Shown: piece by piece, positions 1 through 13,456 of the stretch
How the letters are laid out: the number at the start of each line of letters is the position of its first letter
Numbering within the stretch: position 1 is the stretch's first letter
NCBI GenBank assembly: GCA_951406725.2
Contig: OX597836.1
Span: 48,298,001-48,362,000 of the forward strand
DNA from: Octopus vulgaris
Lineage: Eukaryota
DNA: 64,000 nt
Reading direction: 5' to 3'
Notes under the pieces: generated by a model
Databases searched by the model: none
Told to the model about the DNA's origin: nothing
The model's input: the letters and a program-made list of their open reading frames with translations, nothing else
Translations under genes and position numbers: made by a program

Positions 1-648
1 AGTTGTCATGGCGATACCTGCTCAGAGGCCTACGTAAAGTTGCAGAAAGTGTATGGAGAGGAGTGCATGAGCTACACACAAGGGTATGAGTGGTTCAGAT
101 GTTTCCCAGATGGCCGAAAATATGTTGATGTTGACAAACATTCTGGGATACCTGCAACCAGCAGAACTGAGAAAAGCATTGCAGCTGTGAGGGGAAATCA
201 TCAAATCATCATTTGTGAGTTACGAGAGGATGTGCAGATTAGTTACGGTTCAGTTCAGTCCATTATCACTGAAGATTTCGGTGTGAGATGCGTGTCTGCC
301 AAGTTTGTGCCAAAACTGCTTTCAGCTGACCAAGAAGACGCTCAGGTTTCAGTTGCATAAGATTTTGATTGTGTCAAGAATGATGGAAACTTTTTTGCAA
401 ACTTTGCATAGGCCTCTGAGCAGGTATCGCTAAGCTTTTGGCAAAATTTGAAGCAGATTCTCTGCTCACCTTTCTCCCTCATGGTCAGTGCGACAATCAC
501 CACCTTCCTTCCAAGCTGTAGACAGCAGAAGCGAGCTAGAACATTAAAACTTAGTCATTTAGACAACAGTGTTCATGGTCAATCCATGCCAAGCAGCTTC
601 GTTACTATGGCAACAATCTGAATACCTATTGATTGATCAGCCCACGTA
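1..648 (+). mobile_element. Mariner-derived element: N-terminal transposase remnant plus inverted copy of the 5' end; runs off the window start
   Basis: ORF 40-360 has mariner HTH/linker motifs (YEWF..F..G, SG.P.TS, ISYGSV..I, VSAKFVPKLL). TIR-like end reads TA-CGTGGGCTGATCAAT on the minus strand at ~630-648. Confidence 0.85.
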
Positions 649-1098
649 TAATAATAATAGATTGATTCAGCTTCACATCACTTAGAGACTCCTTACACAC
701 ACACAAATGCTTAAATAATGCAGAGCTGAGTTATACTGTTATTAAATAAAATGTGATTCTAACCAAGGTTGTTAGGTGCTGTCTTGTAACTTTTATGGTT
801 TTGGCACCAAAATCTTGCAAATTTCTATCCAACATTTGAGACTGGAATTGGATATGAGCTTTGAGAATGAATTTAAATTGATTTCTGCTGAAACCTGAAA
901 GTTAACATATTATTAAAGCAAAGCTGTGTGGCAGTTACAGGTACAACCATGTAGTCGAGGAGCTTCCTTTGCAACCGTGTGGTTCAGGGGTTCAATCTCA
1001 CTGCATGACACCTTGGTCAAGTGTCTTCTACTGCAGCTTTTGAGATGGCCAATGCCTTGTGAGTAAATTTAGCTGAAGGAAACTGTGGAAGCCCATCA

Positions 1099-1131
<33 letters not shown>

Positions 1132-3417
1132 CTCCACCACTTGACTGGTGTTGGTTTGTTTATATCTCCATAACCTAGTGGTTTAGCAAAAGAGACCAAT
1201 AGAGCCAGTACCAAATTTTATAAAGTACTGGGGTCAATTTGTTCAGCTAAACCCTTCAACGTAGTGCCCCAGCATGGCCACCACAGTCTTATGACTAAAT
1301 GAAAGACGAAAGATAATAGATGTGTGGACATAATGAAATTATTGTCGAGACTTAGACCAGAGATCAATGAAGTTTCGTTTTATTAACAGTGTTGATTACT
1401 TTATTTATGGAGGGAAAACGTTTTTATATCCATTTTCATTGTTTGTATGTGGACAGATGTATCTCTACGTTGTTGTATGAGTTCAGTAACCTGTCTGTTT
1501 GGTTTAAAAGTCCATTCAGTGTTTAGAATATTCTAGAGACTGGAAAATGTGAGCAGTTAGAAAGTAGGTCTTGTCTGCCTTGCCAGTGGTCACAGCAGTC
1601 GAGATAGACAGAACTAGGTAAGACATTTCACAAAGTGTTTGCGTGTGTGACCACTCTAAATATATTTCATTGTTAAAATGTCAGATTTAACTAAACTATG
1701 AGGTAGTTTAAGTAAAAACAGTACATAACAGTTATTGTAAAAATATTTGTGGTAATTTATTAAACAGTCTTGTGTAGCTTGAAAGAAATAGTTTTTATCT
1801 GAATTTATCAATAAATCTTTATAAAAGAAACTTATGAAAGCTTCTAGAAAGATATGAGTCAGCTTGGTTTTCACAACGACTTTTTAGTTTATTAACCTCG
1901 TTTTTCATTGATTGTAATGCTTGCTAGGTAACTGTTTTGTGGTTATTGTTATACTCTTTGTCACCTGGGAAAGAGTTCAAGAAGGTTAAACCTAGGTAAA
2001 TTACGTCATTTTAAAAGTGATATTCCTTTGCTTTGAAGATTGATATACCTTATTTGACATACTTTTTCATTTTTAAGTAATATCTCAAAAGGAATTAGTC
2101 AGGGTCCTCTGTGCAAAGTTGATTTAAATATTACATTTTTTAATGCATCTGGAAACATTTTGTTGTGAATATGTTTTGTTGATATTGGATTGCATCTATT
2201 TTACCTGTGTCTTTTTGCCATTAAAGAAGGTAAAAAATGGTGAGCCATCTGCTTTTGGTGTTATTTTCAAGGAAATTCAAAATGAGTTTTATATCATCTC
2301 AGAAAATTACAGAAAACTTTCTTTGTATTATAATTATATAGTAACTCATAAGAAATAACATTTAATCAATGTTTTAAGAATTTCATCATCATTGTTATTT
2401 AATGTCTACTTTCCATGCTGGCATGGGTTGGATGGTTTGACTGAGGACTGGTGAACCAGAAGGCTGCACCAGCCTCCAATCTGATCCGGCAAAGTTTCTA
2501 CAGCTGGATGCCCTTCCTAATGCCAACCACTCCAAGAGTGTATTGGGTGCTTTTACATGCTAGTAAGGCGACACTGGCAACGATCATGCTTGAATGGTGT
2601 TTATTAAGTGCCACTGGCACAGGAACCAGTCAGCGGCCCTGGCAACGATCACACTCAGATTCTAATTTTCAGAATTCTACAACCACTACCAGGATGAGAA
2701 TCTGCTGGTGAAATTATTAAGAGTTCACTTAAAATATATCTATTATGTGTATGCTAACATACTAAGTCTTGTAGTGAAGTTTGGTTGAGGTTAAAATTCT
2801 AATTAATGAGAAGAGGTAAACATAAAAGCAAGATCATTACATTTTGAAACCTTATTTGATTCTCTTCATGTATTGTCACATTCTGAGACTTTACAAGTTT
2901 TCTGTTGCCTTCACAAGATGCAGCAGACTTACTGTGAAGATGGTTCTGTGTTGAAGGAACACAATTTAACAAAACCATATCTATATCTCTGTCTGCAAGT
3001 GTGTGACTGCAGAATAATGTTAGACATGTCTTGCCACAGATTGTCTCTTTGATGGATCAGCAGCAATGGAAAATGCAAAGATGGGGAAGACTGAGCACCC
3101 AGCATCTGGAATGTCAAAGAACGCACTGATTGTTAAGCTTTCTATGATTGAAGGTTGAGTGACAATGATTCCTGGAGAAACTTTGGGTGCCGACAGGAAT
3201 CAACTCACTGATCCTGTTCTGGAATCGTTAGCACGCCAGGCAACATGCTTAGCGGTATTTCGTCTGTCTATACGTTTTGAGTTCAAATTCCACCGCGGTC
3301 GACTTTGCCTTTCATCCTTTCTGGGTTGATAAATTAAGTACCAATAAAACACTGGGGTCGATGAAATTGACTATCCCCCTCCCCCAAATTTCAGGCCTTG
3401 TGACAATAGTAGAAAGG

Positions 3418-3442
3418 ATTATTATTATTGTTGTTGTTGTTA

Positions 3443-3478
<36 letters not shown>
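3418..3478. repeat. (ATT/GTT)n microsatellite between two SINE B copies
   Basis: Direct reading. Confidence 0.95.
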
Positions 3479-3479
<1 letters not shown>

Positions 3480-3963
3480 GGTGGCAAGCTGGCAGACTCG
3501 TCAGCACACCAGTTAAATGCTTAGTGGTATTTCACCTGTCACTACATTCTGAGTTCAAATTCTGCTGAGGTCAACTTTGCCTTTTCCTCCTTCCAAGGTC
3601 AATAAAATAATTACCAGTTGCGTACTGGGGTCCGTGTGATCGACACTTCCCCTCCCCCCAAATTTCTGGCCGTGTGGCAAAATTTGAAACCATTACCATC
3701 ACATCACACACACAGAGGCTTCTTTAAGTATCCACCTACCAAATCCACTTATAGGCTTTGGTTGCTCAAGGTACCATGCAGTGGAACTGAACCCTAAACC
3801 ACATGGATGGGAAGCAAGCTTGACCACACACCCATTCCTATATGTCATCATCATCATCATTTAAAGTCCATTTGCCTGGTATGAGTTGGATGGTTTGACA
3901 GGAGCTGGCAAGCCAGAGCACTTTGCCAAGCTCTGCTGTCTGTTTTTGGCATGGTTTCTACAA

Positions 3964-4002
<39 letters not shown>

Positions 4003-4609
4003 TGTAGGTAGATAAATTTCCAAATTTAAACTGTTGTCGCCCACTCAGTTTCACTCTCCTACTAAGGTTGTTGTAAAGATTTAATCTCTTGTGGGAAAAA
4101 GATTTTATATGTAGATAGATAATATTATAGATAGACAGAAGCAAAGGGAGAGGAATGAGAGTAAATATTTTCTCCTGTAGTGGGGAATGAGAAACTCAGT
4201 GGTCGGTGATAACAGTTTAAAATTGCACTATTTACCTATATTCCTCTTGGCCCATCCCATTCCATTCTACGTCTTTAAAGCTTATTTCATCTTTATGACT
4301 AATCTGGTTCAGTGGGACACCTCAGCTCCCTCCCTCTCTCTCTCTCTTCCTCTCTCTCCCCCTCTCTCTCTCCCTCTCTCTCCATTACCATCATTGCTCA
4401 CCACTATATTAACAAGTTTGTTGAAGGAATGCAGAAAACTTTCATTATGTTTGGGTCTTTGTGTTTATCGTCACTGTCTGCAATTTTATTCCAATTGTTT
4501 TCGAATTTGGGATATGGGATTAAATTTGGTATACTACTTATGAAAATGAAATTCATTTTTCCTATAAATTTATAATTAAAAATTGAGAGTCAAAACTATT
4601 GAAAAGGTT

Positions 4610-5360
4610 GCGGTGAGGGGGGCCGGTGCGCATTGATGACGTCGAGAGGTAGGCCCCAAAATGGCGCGCATTCTCTCCTGATGACCCCATACACTTGCTA
4701 GCTTCCGGTATACAGAGCTTTTAACTGGTAGCACTTGCATGTGCAAGTTGTTTGCAAGACATCTAAAAAGAAAGAAGTGGAAATTTTACCAGTGAGTGTG
4801 TTCAGTTATAAGGCACGAAAAGAGAATGACTCTCTCCAGACACAACAGAATATAATTAAAAAGTTATTAGCCTTTAAAGTTTGCAGAATTTGGGTATTTT
4901 AGTCAATCAGAAGTGAGTATTTTACACGTCACCCGTAAAACTCTGTTAGCATAGTAAGCAAAGAAGCACCACGTGTTCCAAAGCTGATTATGAAGAATTC
5001 TGTTTCCATAGTAACCAAAGGTGCTGCACATGTGCAAAAGGAGTGTAAACAAGGATTGCATTCGATGCTCAGTTCTTCCAGGAACCACCGTTTTCAGTGA
5101 CCTGTGGCAAGCTTACAATCAAATCCCAGAAATCGTGGGCAATGATTTCAAGCATAAAACTGTGAACCATAGCATTGAATTTATCAAAAGATGAGATTCA
5201 CACTCAACATATTGAGAGTATCTAGGCATCTTTAAAGCGTGGAAACAAAGTCTGGTGTCAGACACTATTCCATGGTTGACTCTTATCTTTGTGAATTTAT
5301 GTGAAGAAGATATGAGAAAGATAATTTATTTTATAAAATCCTTGAAATTTTTTCACTAAT
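4610..5360 (+). mobile_element. Merlin/IS1595 (ISXO2-like) DDE transposase remnant
   Basis: Frameshifted translation from 5054: VLPGTTVFSDLWQAYNQI..HKTVNHSIEF / IHTQHIES / MVDSYLCEFM*RR. Matches the Merlin core pattern PGT.I.SD.W.AY..H.TVNH..HT..IE..YL.EF.WR. Outer ends not defined. Confidence 0.8.
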
Positions 5361-6299
5361 ACGTCTGTTTTAAGCAATGTTTTGACTGTTATTTCTAGCA
5401 ACTCCTGTTGGTTTGTTTGTAGCTTTTAAATATTTAATTTACTCGCAAATCTTTTAATGCTTTTCATTGTTTACTGCAGCTAGCTTAATGCTTTGACATG
5501 TCGATAACCACAACAATCCTGATGTTTATATTTTAGTATTTATTATCTTATCTTACTTATATGTGATAAGAAGCTTGCTTCCCAATCACATGGTTCTGGG
5601 TTCAGTCCCACTGCGGCACCTTGAGCAAGTGTCTTCTATTATAGCCTTGGCCCCTCCTAAGATTTGTGAGTAGAGATGGTCAACGGAAACTGAAAGAAAC
5701 CTATCAAATGTATGTGTGTGAGTGTCTTTGTGCCTCCACTGCTTGACAACCAATGTTGGTGTGTTTATGTCCCTGTAACTTAGCAGTTTGGCAAAAGTGA
5801 ACAATAGAATAAGTACTAGGCTTTAAAAAAAAACAAGTCCTGGGGTCTATTTGTTTGGTTAAATCTCTTCAAGGTGGTGCCCCAGCATGGCCACTGTCAA
5901 GTGACTGAAATGAGTAAAAGAAGAAAAGAAAATATTACCAGTAATTAGTGCTTTTTATGTGGCACAAGCACAGGCGAGGTCAGTTTTGGCAAGGTTTTTA
6001 CAGCTGGATGCCCTTCTGAACACTAGGCATCCAGCTGTGGACTGGGTGCTTTTAAGTGGCACCTGAACTGACAGGGTCACCAAGTACTTGCAAGACAAAA
6101 ACTTTTAAGAGGGGAGGAGGCATTGGAGAAGTTGATGATGAAACGGTTAGGTTCGCCAGCCCTCAGTCAAACCATCCAACCCATGCTAGTATGGAAAGCA
6201 GACGTTAAACAATGATGATGATGATGAAAAAATTTATCTGTGTGCAGGGTATGCATCACCCCTCCAGTGCCTTTTTTTTTGCATTATTATTATTATTAT

Positions 6300-6795
6300 T
6301 GCGTTTGCACAGCTTCTAATGCTGGAGATGTCCGACGGTGTCAGCTGTTCACTACCAGTGAACTATGGTAACACCTTATTTTTCGAGCACCTTCCGGAGT
6401 ATTCAAGCGGTTCCAAGCAGTGCTATTTTCTGCAAGTGCTCCACCCTTATTGCAGCCCCTATTTGTTCCACGTACTTCTCAAGATTTTTACTCACTGTTC
6501 CCAGGGCTCCGACAATTATTGGTACTACTACCATCTTTTTCATCGACTCAACTGCTTTACCTCCCAAGCTAACCTGTCATACTTATCGACTTTTCTTTCT
6601 TCCTTATCGCATACCTCGTCAGCTGGGCATGCTATATCTATGATCCAGCACAGTCTTGAGAAAGAAAACAAACTGTCTGGCTTCCTATTCTCTATCTCAT
6701 GGTTGCACTGAACCATAAAATCCCACAGGAACTTTGCTTCATCATTTTTGATAATGGCTTCGGGTTTTTGGTGGCACCAATTTTTTGCTCTGTCA
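6300..6795 (-). mobile_element. R4/Dong-like non-LTR retrotransposon 3' end (restriction-like endonuclease)
   Basis: KFLWDFMVQCNHEIENRKPD..IIDIACPAD..KE..K..KY..LA.E (ORF 6540-6845), continuing VVPIIVGALGTV..LQKIALLGTA; (TAA)n tail at ~6285-6300. Confidence 0.85.
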
Positions 6796-8099
6796 AGTAG
6801 TATTATTATTACTACTGCTGCTGCTGGCACTGGGGTTGATATCATCGACTATCCTCCTCCTCCCCCAAATTGTAGGCCTTGTGTCTATTCTAGAAAGGAT
6901 TAGTATTATTATGTGTGGTGCCACGTGAAAGCACCGAGTACACTCTGTAAAGTGGTTGGCATTAGGGAGGGCATCCAGCCATAGAAACTATTCCAAATCA
7001 GAGTGGAGTCTGGTGCTGCTCTGGTCAAACCATCCAACCCATACCAGCATGGACAATGGATGTTAAATGATGATGATGATGATGATGTTCGGAGTTTAAA
7101 TCCTGTCGAGGTCAACTTTGCCTTTCATTCTTTCAGGGTCAATTAAATAAGCATCATTTGAGCAGTGGGGTCAATGTAGTCCCCCTAATTCAATAGATTC
7201 AATTCAAGCCTTGTATCTATAACCATGAACCACTCTCCTTCTATCCGTCTCCTGTCCAATCTGATCCTTTCTGTCATAGAAACGATTGTTATTGTTGCTG
7301 TTGTAAAAACCTGAATCTCAATAATACCATCAATATGGTGGCGGGAGGCAAGAGAGTGGTCAGTGGTGGAGCTAAAGGACAACAGGAAATCTCTTTTGAA
7401 AAAACGTTTTTGTTCTCAAGCTTTTGAAAGGGATGATAACAGCATCTTAGCAACACACTGCAGTGTTGTTGGCATGGTGACGAGAAGCTTAGCTTCACAG
7501 ACAAATCAGTTGCAATCACTGCTACTAAAGCTGCTGCTGCTGCTACTACTGCAAGAAGGAAATGTAAGCAAGAAAATTTACACTTTAATAACATTAACAA
7601 CAACAACAAGATTAATGGCATTAAAAGTTTTTTTTCTTTTTTTTTCCTTGTCTGCCACTGGACAAGTCACTCTTGGAAAAGACAAGTGATTGATAAATGC
7701 AAAGTGCAATGTCATGTGCCTTGGAGGTGGTGACACTCTTTTATATCCTTGTATTCTTGGATATTTCATTTAACGAAGCAGAGGGGAAAAGTAAGCATTT
7801 ACACAGCACAATGTGATTACTATAGATGAGGCTCAACGCTCTCAATCACATCTCACCAACCCAAACCTCTGATGACTCAACTGTCGTCTATTTAATAGAA
7901 GTTTCTCAGCCCCCTTTTAGTCCCATTGGGGTGGTCGGAGTCCTTCCACAACACACTCTTAACTGATAAGGGCAAACAGCTTTCAAAATAAAGGACCATC
8001 CTGTACATGTGCATAATTCAGAGAGATTTGAAGCTGCAGTATCCAACTCTTGCACAAATGTTTAAAAGAGGTTTGATGCGCAGTTGGATACCTAAGAAA

Positions 8100-8990
8100 A
8101 GGTGGTGATGGCCATGTGGAGCAGCAAACAGGAATCTCAATAGTCACAACCACAAGAATGTTCCATGAATTTGCAGGGATTATACCTTATAAAGGGTGAT
8201 GGGTGATTAAGATTCAGTATCACCACTGTGCTGACCCATTGGGATATGGTCAGAATAATGATAATGGTTAAGATATAAACAGGATTTGAGATCATCCTAC
8301 TGCACAGCCAAACAGGAAGGCCACTTGGATTGTGGTGTTAGTTTCATGTGAGGATCCCTCCTACATCCCCAATTATTTCTGCTTCAAAGAGTGTGTTGTT
8401 GAGAGCAGGAAACCCAAATGCTACATTTACAGCAAAACAGACCATTTCAGAGTTTTCTACTCTGCAGTGGAGAAGATGAAATCTGAGCGTCACCCTTTTT
8501 GTTGCTACCAACATCCTGATTGTTGTAATCGCAACAGCAGCAGTAATTACAGCATCAAACAACCAACTTCTACTACGGACATAGACAAAGGAACCTGTAA
8601 GGAAGTTTTCCCCCCAACAACAAAAGCAAGAAGAAATGGCCACAAAAGGAATGGACTTTGCTTCAATTCCTTCTGATCCATGAGGAAGACACTTAAGACG
8701 ATCAGAAAATGTTCGTAAAATAGTCAAAATAGTCAGATTTCTTGAAACATGCCTGCAAACATTTCACTCATTAGTTTTTGTGGGTGACTGGAATAGCATC
8801 TTTGACACATGCTGGGATTGTATAGGAGTGACCAATAAGAGAGGGAGGGGTGGAAGCTTGGTATATTTGTTCAGACATCTCTAACCGATTGCCAATTATT
8901 GATTTTATTTCTCTCCAGTACATTGATGTGGACTTAAACTACTCATAGAAGATCATCCAAATCATAGTACTAAGATAGTAGATTTTTAAA
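8100..8990 (+). mobile_element. Degraded L1/Tx1-like LINE 5' part (ORF1 knuckle remnant, AP-endonuclease remnant)
   Basis: KPKCYIYSKTDHF degenerate zinc knuckle in ORF 8332-8676; LVFVGDWNSIFD at ~8771-8806 resembles the APE GDFN motif. Confidence 0.5.
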
Positions 8991-10343
8991 ATCTTCTTGT
9001 CAGATTAGCTGATAGGCTGTGCATCCCGTCTAGTGTTGGTAGTGTTGAAGGTTACTTTGAGTTGATCTAGGACTTGTCCTCCTAAAGTTCTTGGTAGATA
9101 GAACCTGTCAGCATCTCTTTGCAATTGGTGCAACTTCTCTATCTTTCTTGATCTCTGATCTTTTAATGTTGTTCATTTCCAGTTGATGATGTTGGAGCTA
9201 TCGATAATTATAGATATTAACGAAGTGTTAATTAGCTTTAAATGTATTCATTGTATTCTCTTTACTCTTTAGTACCACATACTCTCTCTCCCCCTCTCTT
9301 GTAGTCCTCTTTTCTTTTCTTTGACTCAGTATTGTATACCATCTTCTTCATCCACTCTTGTAGGTACAATCTTAATCATGGCGTCTCTGTTAAGGTCTAA
9401 GGTTGCAGTCTTGATTAGTTTTTCTTTTTCTCTTGAAGGTGGCACACCTGTTGATTCTGAATTCCATTTTGATATTGTTGTTGAAGGTTTTGATAATTGG
9501 TGAGTTGTTGTTCCTGGCAAATGTACTGAGGTTGTCAATTAGAAGAGGTAGCTCTGTGCCCCGTTAATACCCTATTTCATTCAAATATATTGGTTCTGAC
9601 TTTAAAATCAGTGGCAGTGTGAAGTTTATCTGGGCTAAGTAACACTTTGGATATTCATCAGATTGATGAATAAAAAAGGAAAGTAAAAAATATATATTGA
9701 CTGTAAATTGTCCCAAATTCTTCGTCTATTTACTCCATTTTGGGGACTAATGAACCAAACTGCCTTTGCAGTTGTAGAACTTCATTCACCTCTCTGTTGA
9801 AACTAATCCATGTTGGGAAGGAAAGGATGTTGCCCTACCAAAGTGAAGCAAGGAAAACAAGAAAAGAAATATAAGGGAGATAGAGAAGAGCATTTATGTA
9901 AACCCAGGGCCCTCAACTGTTGGGAGTAATGAAGCCCAGTCAGAGAAGCAAGTTTAATATTGACCAAACTTTCAGGTTCCTTATAAATGAAGTTGGAAAT
10001 ATTGCAGGGGCAATGAGATGGAGATTTGAGACCAGGAATGTACACCAACAATAGGGATTGACAAATAATTATTAAGGATAGAGTATTAAAAAAAAACCCT
10101 GATGGGCCCTGATGCTTTTTAAGTTTAAAGTTTAGCATCATAGAAAGAAAAGTGGGCTCACAATCTCGATCAGGAATTGCTACTCTTCTTACCCGAAATA
10201 AAATAAGAAATTAATTTACTTATATATAGTATAATTCTGGAATTTCATTAATAGTTGTTGTTGTTGTTATTGTTGCTAGACTTGTTGCATTATTGAACAC
10301 TGGGTCTTTGATCACATTACTTTTTCTTAATCCTTTAACTCTA

Positions 10344-11841
10344 TTTGGAGTAGAGCACTTCAACAAGAGACGTCCCATGTGTCTCAATCTTTGGCAACAG
10401 ATTGCAGTTGTTGTCCCCAAGTGTAGCAACCTGCACGTGCTGTCCCTGAAAATTACCCCCCCTTACTAGGACCTTTTTTTTTTTTTTTTTGGGTATTTCG
10501 GTATCCAGGTAGGAAGTTGATAGTGCTGGCCTGTTAGCCTTACACACCTACCGCACCCTTTCTTTCTCAGCCAAACTTGGGACCAGCTGTGACAGTTTGA
10601 TTATATTCTTGCTATTGATTTATCAATCCCTGAATGGTAAACAAAAAAGTTGTTGGTTCTTTTTTTTTTCCTGCTAAAATATGAATATAAGTGAGATTTG
10701 TTATCAAAAGAGAAATATAATGACAGATGATAAATATAGAAATATAATTGTATAATTATATGTATAATTGTAAGAGGAGGATGTCTCTTATTTTTGATTA
10801 ATTCTGTTAACCCTTCAGTAGTCAGATGTTTTTTATTACCTATGCTTTAGTGAAGGCGGAGGTATTGTTTGACCTCGTGACTGGCGCAAAGTGATTAGAT
10901 TTTGGAATTGATCTGGTACTGAACAAGGATTCTGGATTATTTTTCCTGTTTTTTTTACTTAATTTTTAGTATTCTTGTTTGTGAGAGCAGTCGAGTTTAT
11001 TTCAGATATTCTCATTTTAAAAATCATCTCCGGCTAATCATTGAGAGGACATTGGTGTTGCCTTGGCGGAGGTTTGTGCTCTCTGAGTGCATTTGTTCAC
11101 ATTGTTTTGAATTGATGTGTTTATTTTTAGAATTACATTGAAGGGTAGGTGTGAAAGGCCATCCTGGCCACTTTGAATGAGGAATTCCTTCTACACTCTT
11201 GTATTTGTTACAGATATTTACTCTACAGATATTGAAGCTGAACATCAACCTCAGGAATCTGACCTGAGCCTGGAAAGGCATGCAAAGGACAATGGCCAAT
11301 CCCCATCTTAAAGGGAAAATAGATATATACCTCACCCCCCAGTTAAATGTAAAAAATGCTTTTCAGATTTAAATGTCATCAGAGTACAATGACTTGAAAA
11401 ATATATTCTAAACCTGTCCTCCAATAAATGATACAAGATATAACCTCATACCTTGGCAGATATTCACAAAACTATTTTGTCACCTAACAACAGTGAAATC
11501 TTTGTATGTTGGCTCTGATGTTTAACTAAGCATTTCTATACACATTGCATGCAGTCAACCATGAACAAAACAGTTCACACCTGTGTAGGTGTTGTCCTAT
11601 TTACATTCTTTTCACTCAGAGCCATTATTTGAACTTGAAAGAGCAGTGACATCTGCTCACCACTGACTACATGGCTACCGAAATACCAACAAAAAAAAAC
11701 AAAAACAAAATTGGTCCTGGTAAGGGGAGGTAATTTTCAGGGACAGCACGTGCAGGTTGCTACACTTGGGACAACAACTGCAATCTGTTGCCAAAGATTG
11801 AGACACATGGGACGTCTCTTGTTGAAGTGCTCTACTCCACA
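10344..11841. mobile_element. Putative non-autonomous DNA transposon with ~160-bp TIRs and TA flanks
   Basis: 10344-10505 is a near-perfect reverse complement of ~11676-11841; TA lies just outside both ends (10342-43, 11842-43). Confidence 0.65.
10831..11094 (+). mobile_element. Helentron-type non-autonomous element (HINE/DINE-like)
   Basis: 5' TTATTACC..AAGGCGGAGGTA inverted motif; 3' CCTTGGCGGAGGT sub-TIR followed by a short stem-loop (GTGCTCTCTGAGTGC) and a T run. This is the HINE layout. Confidence 0.6.
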
Positions 11842-12405
11842 TAATACTGTAAAGAGGCTTCCGGCAGCTGAATTGGATGGATTTCCCACCAGTTTTTTGT
11901 ATCAGAGAAAGACAACATTAACTTCTGGGTCTTCGGTTGATTTTATATAGTTCATCATCATCATCATCATCGTTTAACATCCATGCTGGCATGACTTGGA
12001 TGCATCAACAGCATCTGACCAACTCCAATGTCTTCTTTAACATGGCTCTTACAGCTGGATGCCTTTCCTAATGCCCACCACTTTACAAAGTGTCTACTGG
12101 GTGCTTTCTTTTCATGCCACTAGCACTAATGAGGTTGCCAAGTAATTAACAAGACATGGAAAAGTCAAAAGACAAAGATCCCCCCCCCCATCGACTAAGT
12201 GGGGAAGTGTGTGTGAGAGGGAGGAGATGGCTTTATGCCAGGTGTTGAGGCGCCAAAGTATTTATTTATCCCATTTTTGTAAAAGACAAGATTTCAGATA
12301 GTTTAGTCTTTTCCCATCTCTGGGTATTTGGCACAGGCAAGGCTGTTGTAGTCAAACAGTTCCCCTCACAACCACATGATTCTCGGTTCAATCTCAGTCC
12401 GTGAC

Positions 12406-12632
12406 ATCCTTTTGTTACCATATTTCTATTGAGCTGCTCTCTGTTTCTTTCAATTAATTTTAAATATAACAAAGAATTTGGTAAAATAACTTTGTTATCA
12501 TTAAGCTAATGTTAAGAACATAAATTGTGTCTAAGGTTTGGTGGGAGATTTTAATTCAAAACTTATGAAAACAAGACATTTATATTACAGAGCGAGAGGC
12601 GGTTTCAGCCGGATTGGTATCAAAAGGGTTAA
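12406..12632 (-). mobile_element. piggyBac-type MITE (CCCTTT..AAAGGG ends, TTAA)
   Basis: CCTTTTGTTACC ... GGTATCAAAAGGG-TTAA; inverted homolog of the copy at 55433-55651. Confidence 0.6.
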
Positions 12633-13133
12633 CCAAGTGATTTTATTGTAGTCTTGTATGGACTAACACCTTCCGGATAGAATTTAGCAGGTGGAAACTA
12701 TGCAGAAGCCCACTGTACATACACAGGATTTTGGGTATATCTGTGTTGTTAAACTTAGCTGTTTGACAAAGAGATATCGATAAATTAAGTACCTATCTAA
12801 TGTTGATGTTATGAGGAAGGCAGTCCTGGGTTCAATCCCAGTGCAAGCATGTAGGCCGTATTTATCTCTCTCTATATCAGACACTCTTGTTTATAATGTG
12901 TATCGCTAATTCTGGTCTATGGAATTTGCAAAGGGTGGGGGGGTGAAATCCGAATACATGCTGATTCTTTTTATTTCTAGAATGATGTATAAAAAGAAGA
13001 GATTTCATTATAATAATTAGAATATTCCAGAAACAGAAGTGTTTGTTTCTTTAAATTTATACTTCAATAATAACAGTATTTATGTATTTTACTTATTGGC
13101 TGTTGATTAATTTAATCTTATTAAATTATGAAA

Positions 13134-13456
13134 GTGGCTATGTGGTTCTGGGTTCAGTCCCACTGTATGGCACCTTGGGCAAGTGTCTTCTACTATAAGC
13201 CTTGAGCCGACGGAAACTGAAAAAAGCTCATCGTATGTATGTATACATATGTTTGTGTGTTTGTCCCTCAAACATCACTTGACGACCAATGCTGGTGTGT
13301 TTACGTCCCCGTAACTTAGCGGTTCGGCAAAAGAGACTGATAGAATAAGTACTAGCCATACAAAGAATAAGTCCTGGGGTCGATTTGCTCGACTAAAGGC
13401 AGTGCTCCAGCATGGCCACAGTCAAATAACTGAAACAAGTAAAAGAACAAAAGAAT
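13134..13456 (+). mobile_element. SINE family A copy, internally deleted (older copies ~945-1315, 5563-5931, 18258-18590, 38268-38590 minus)
   Basis: Shared blocks GGGCAAGTGTCTTCTACTATAG, GGCAAAAGAGAC(C/T)GATAGAATAAGTACT, CCAGCATGGCC. Confidence 0.8.

Noticed and set aside
2673-2707. Possible 35-nt micro-exon (FYNHYQDENLL)
   Set aside because: Weak GTGAAA donor, acceptor abuts an RTE fragment, no recognisable protein match.
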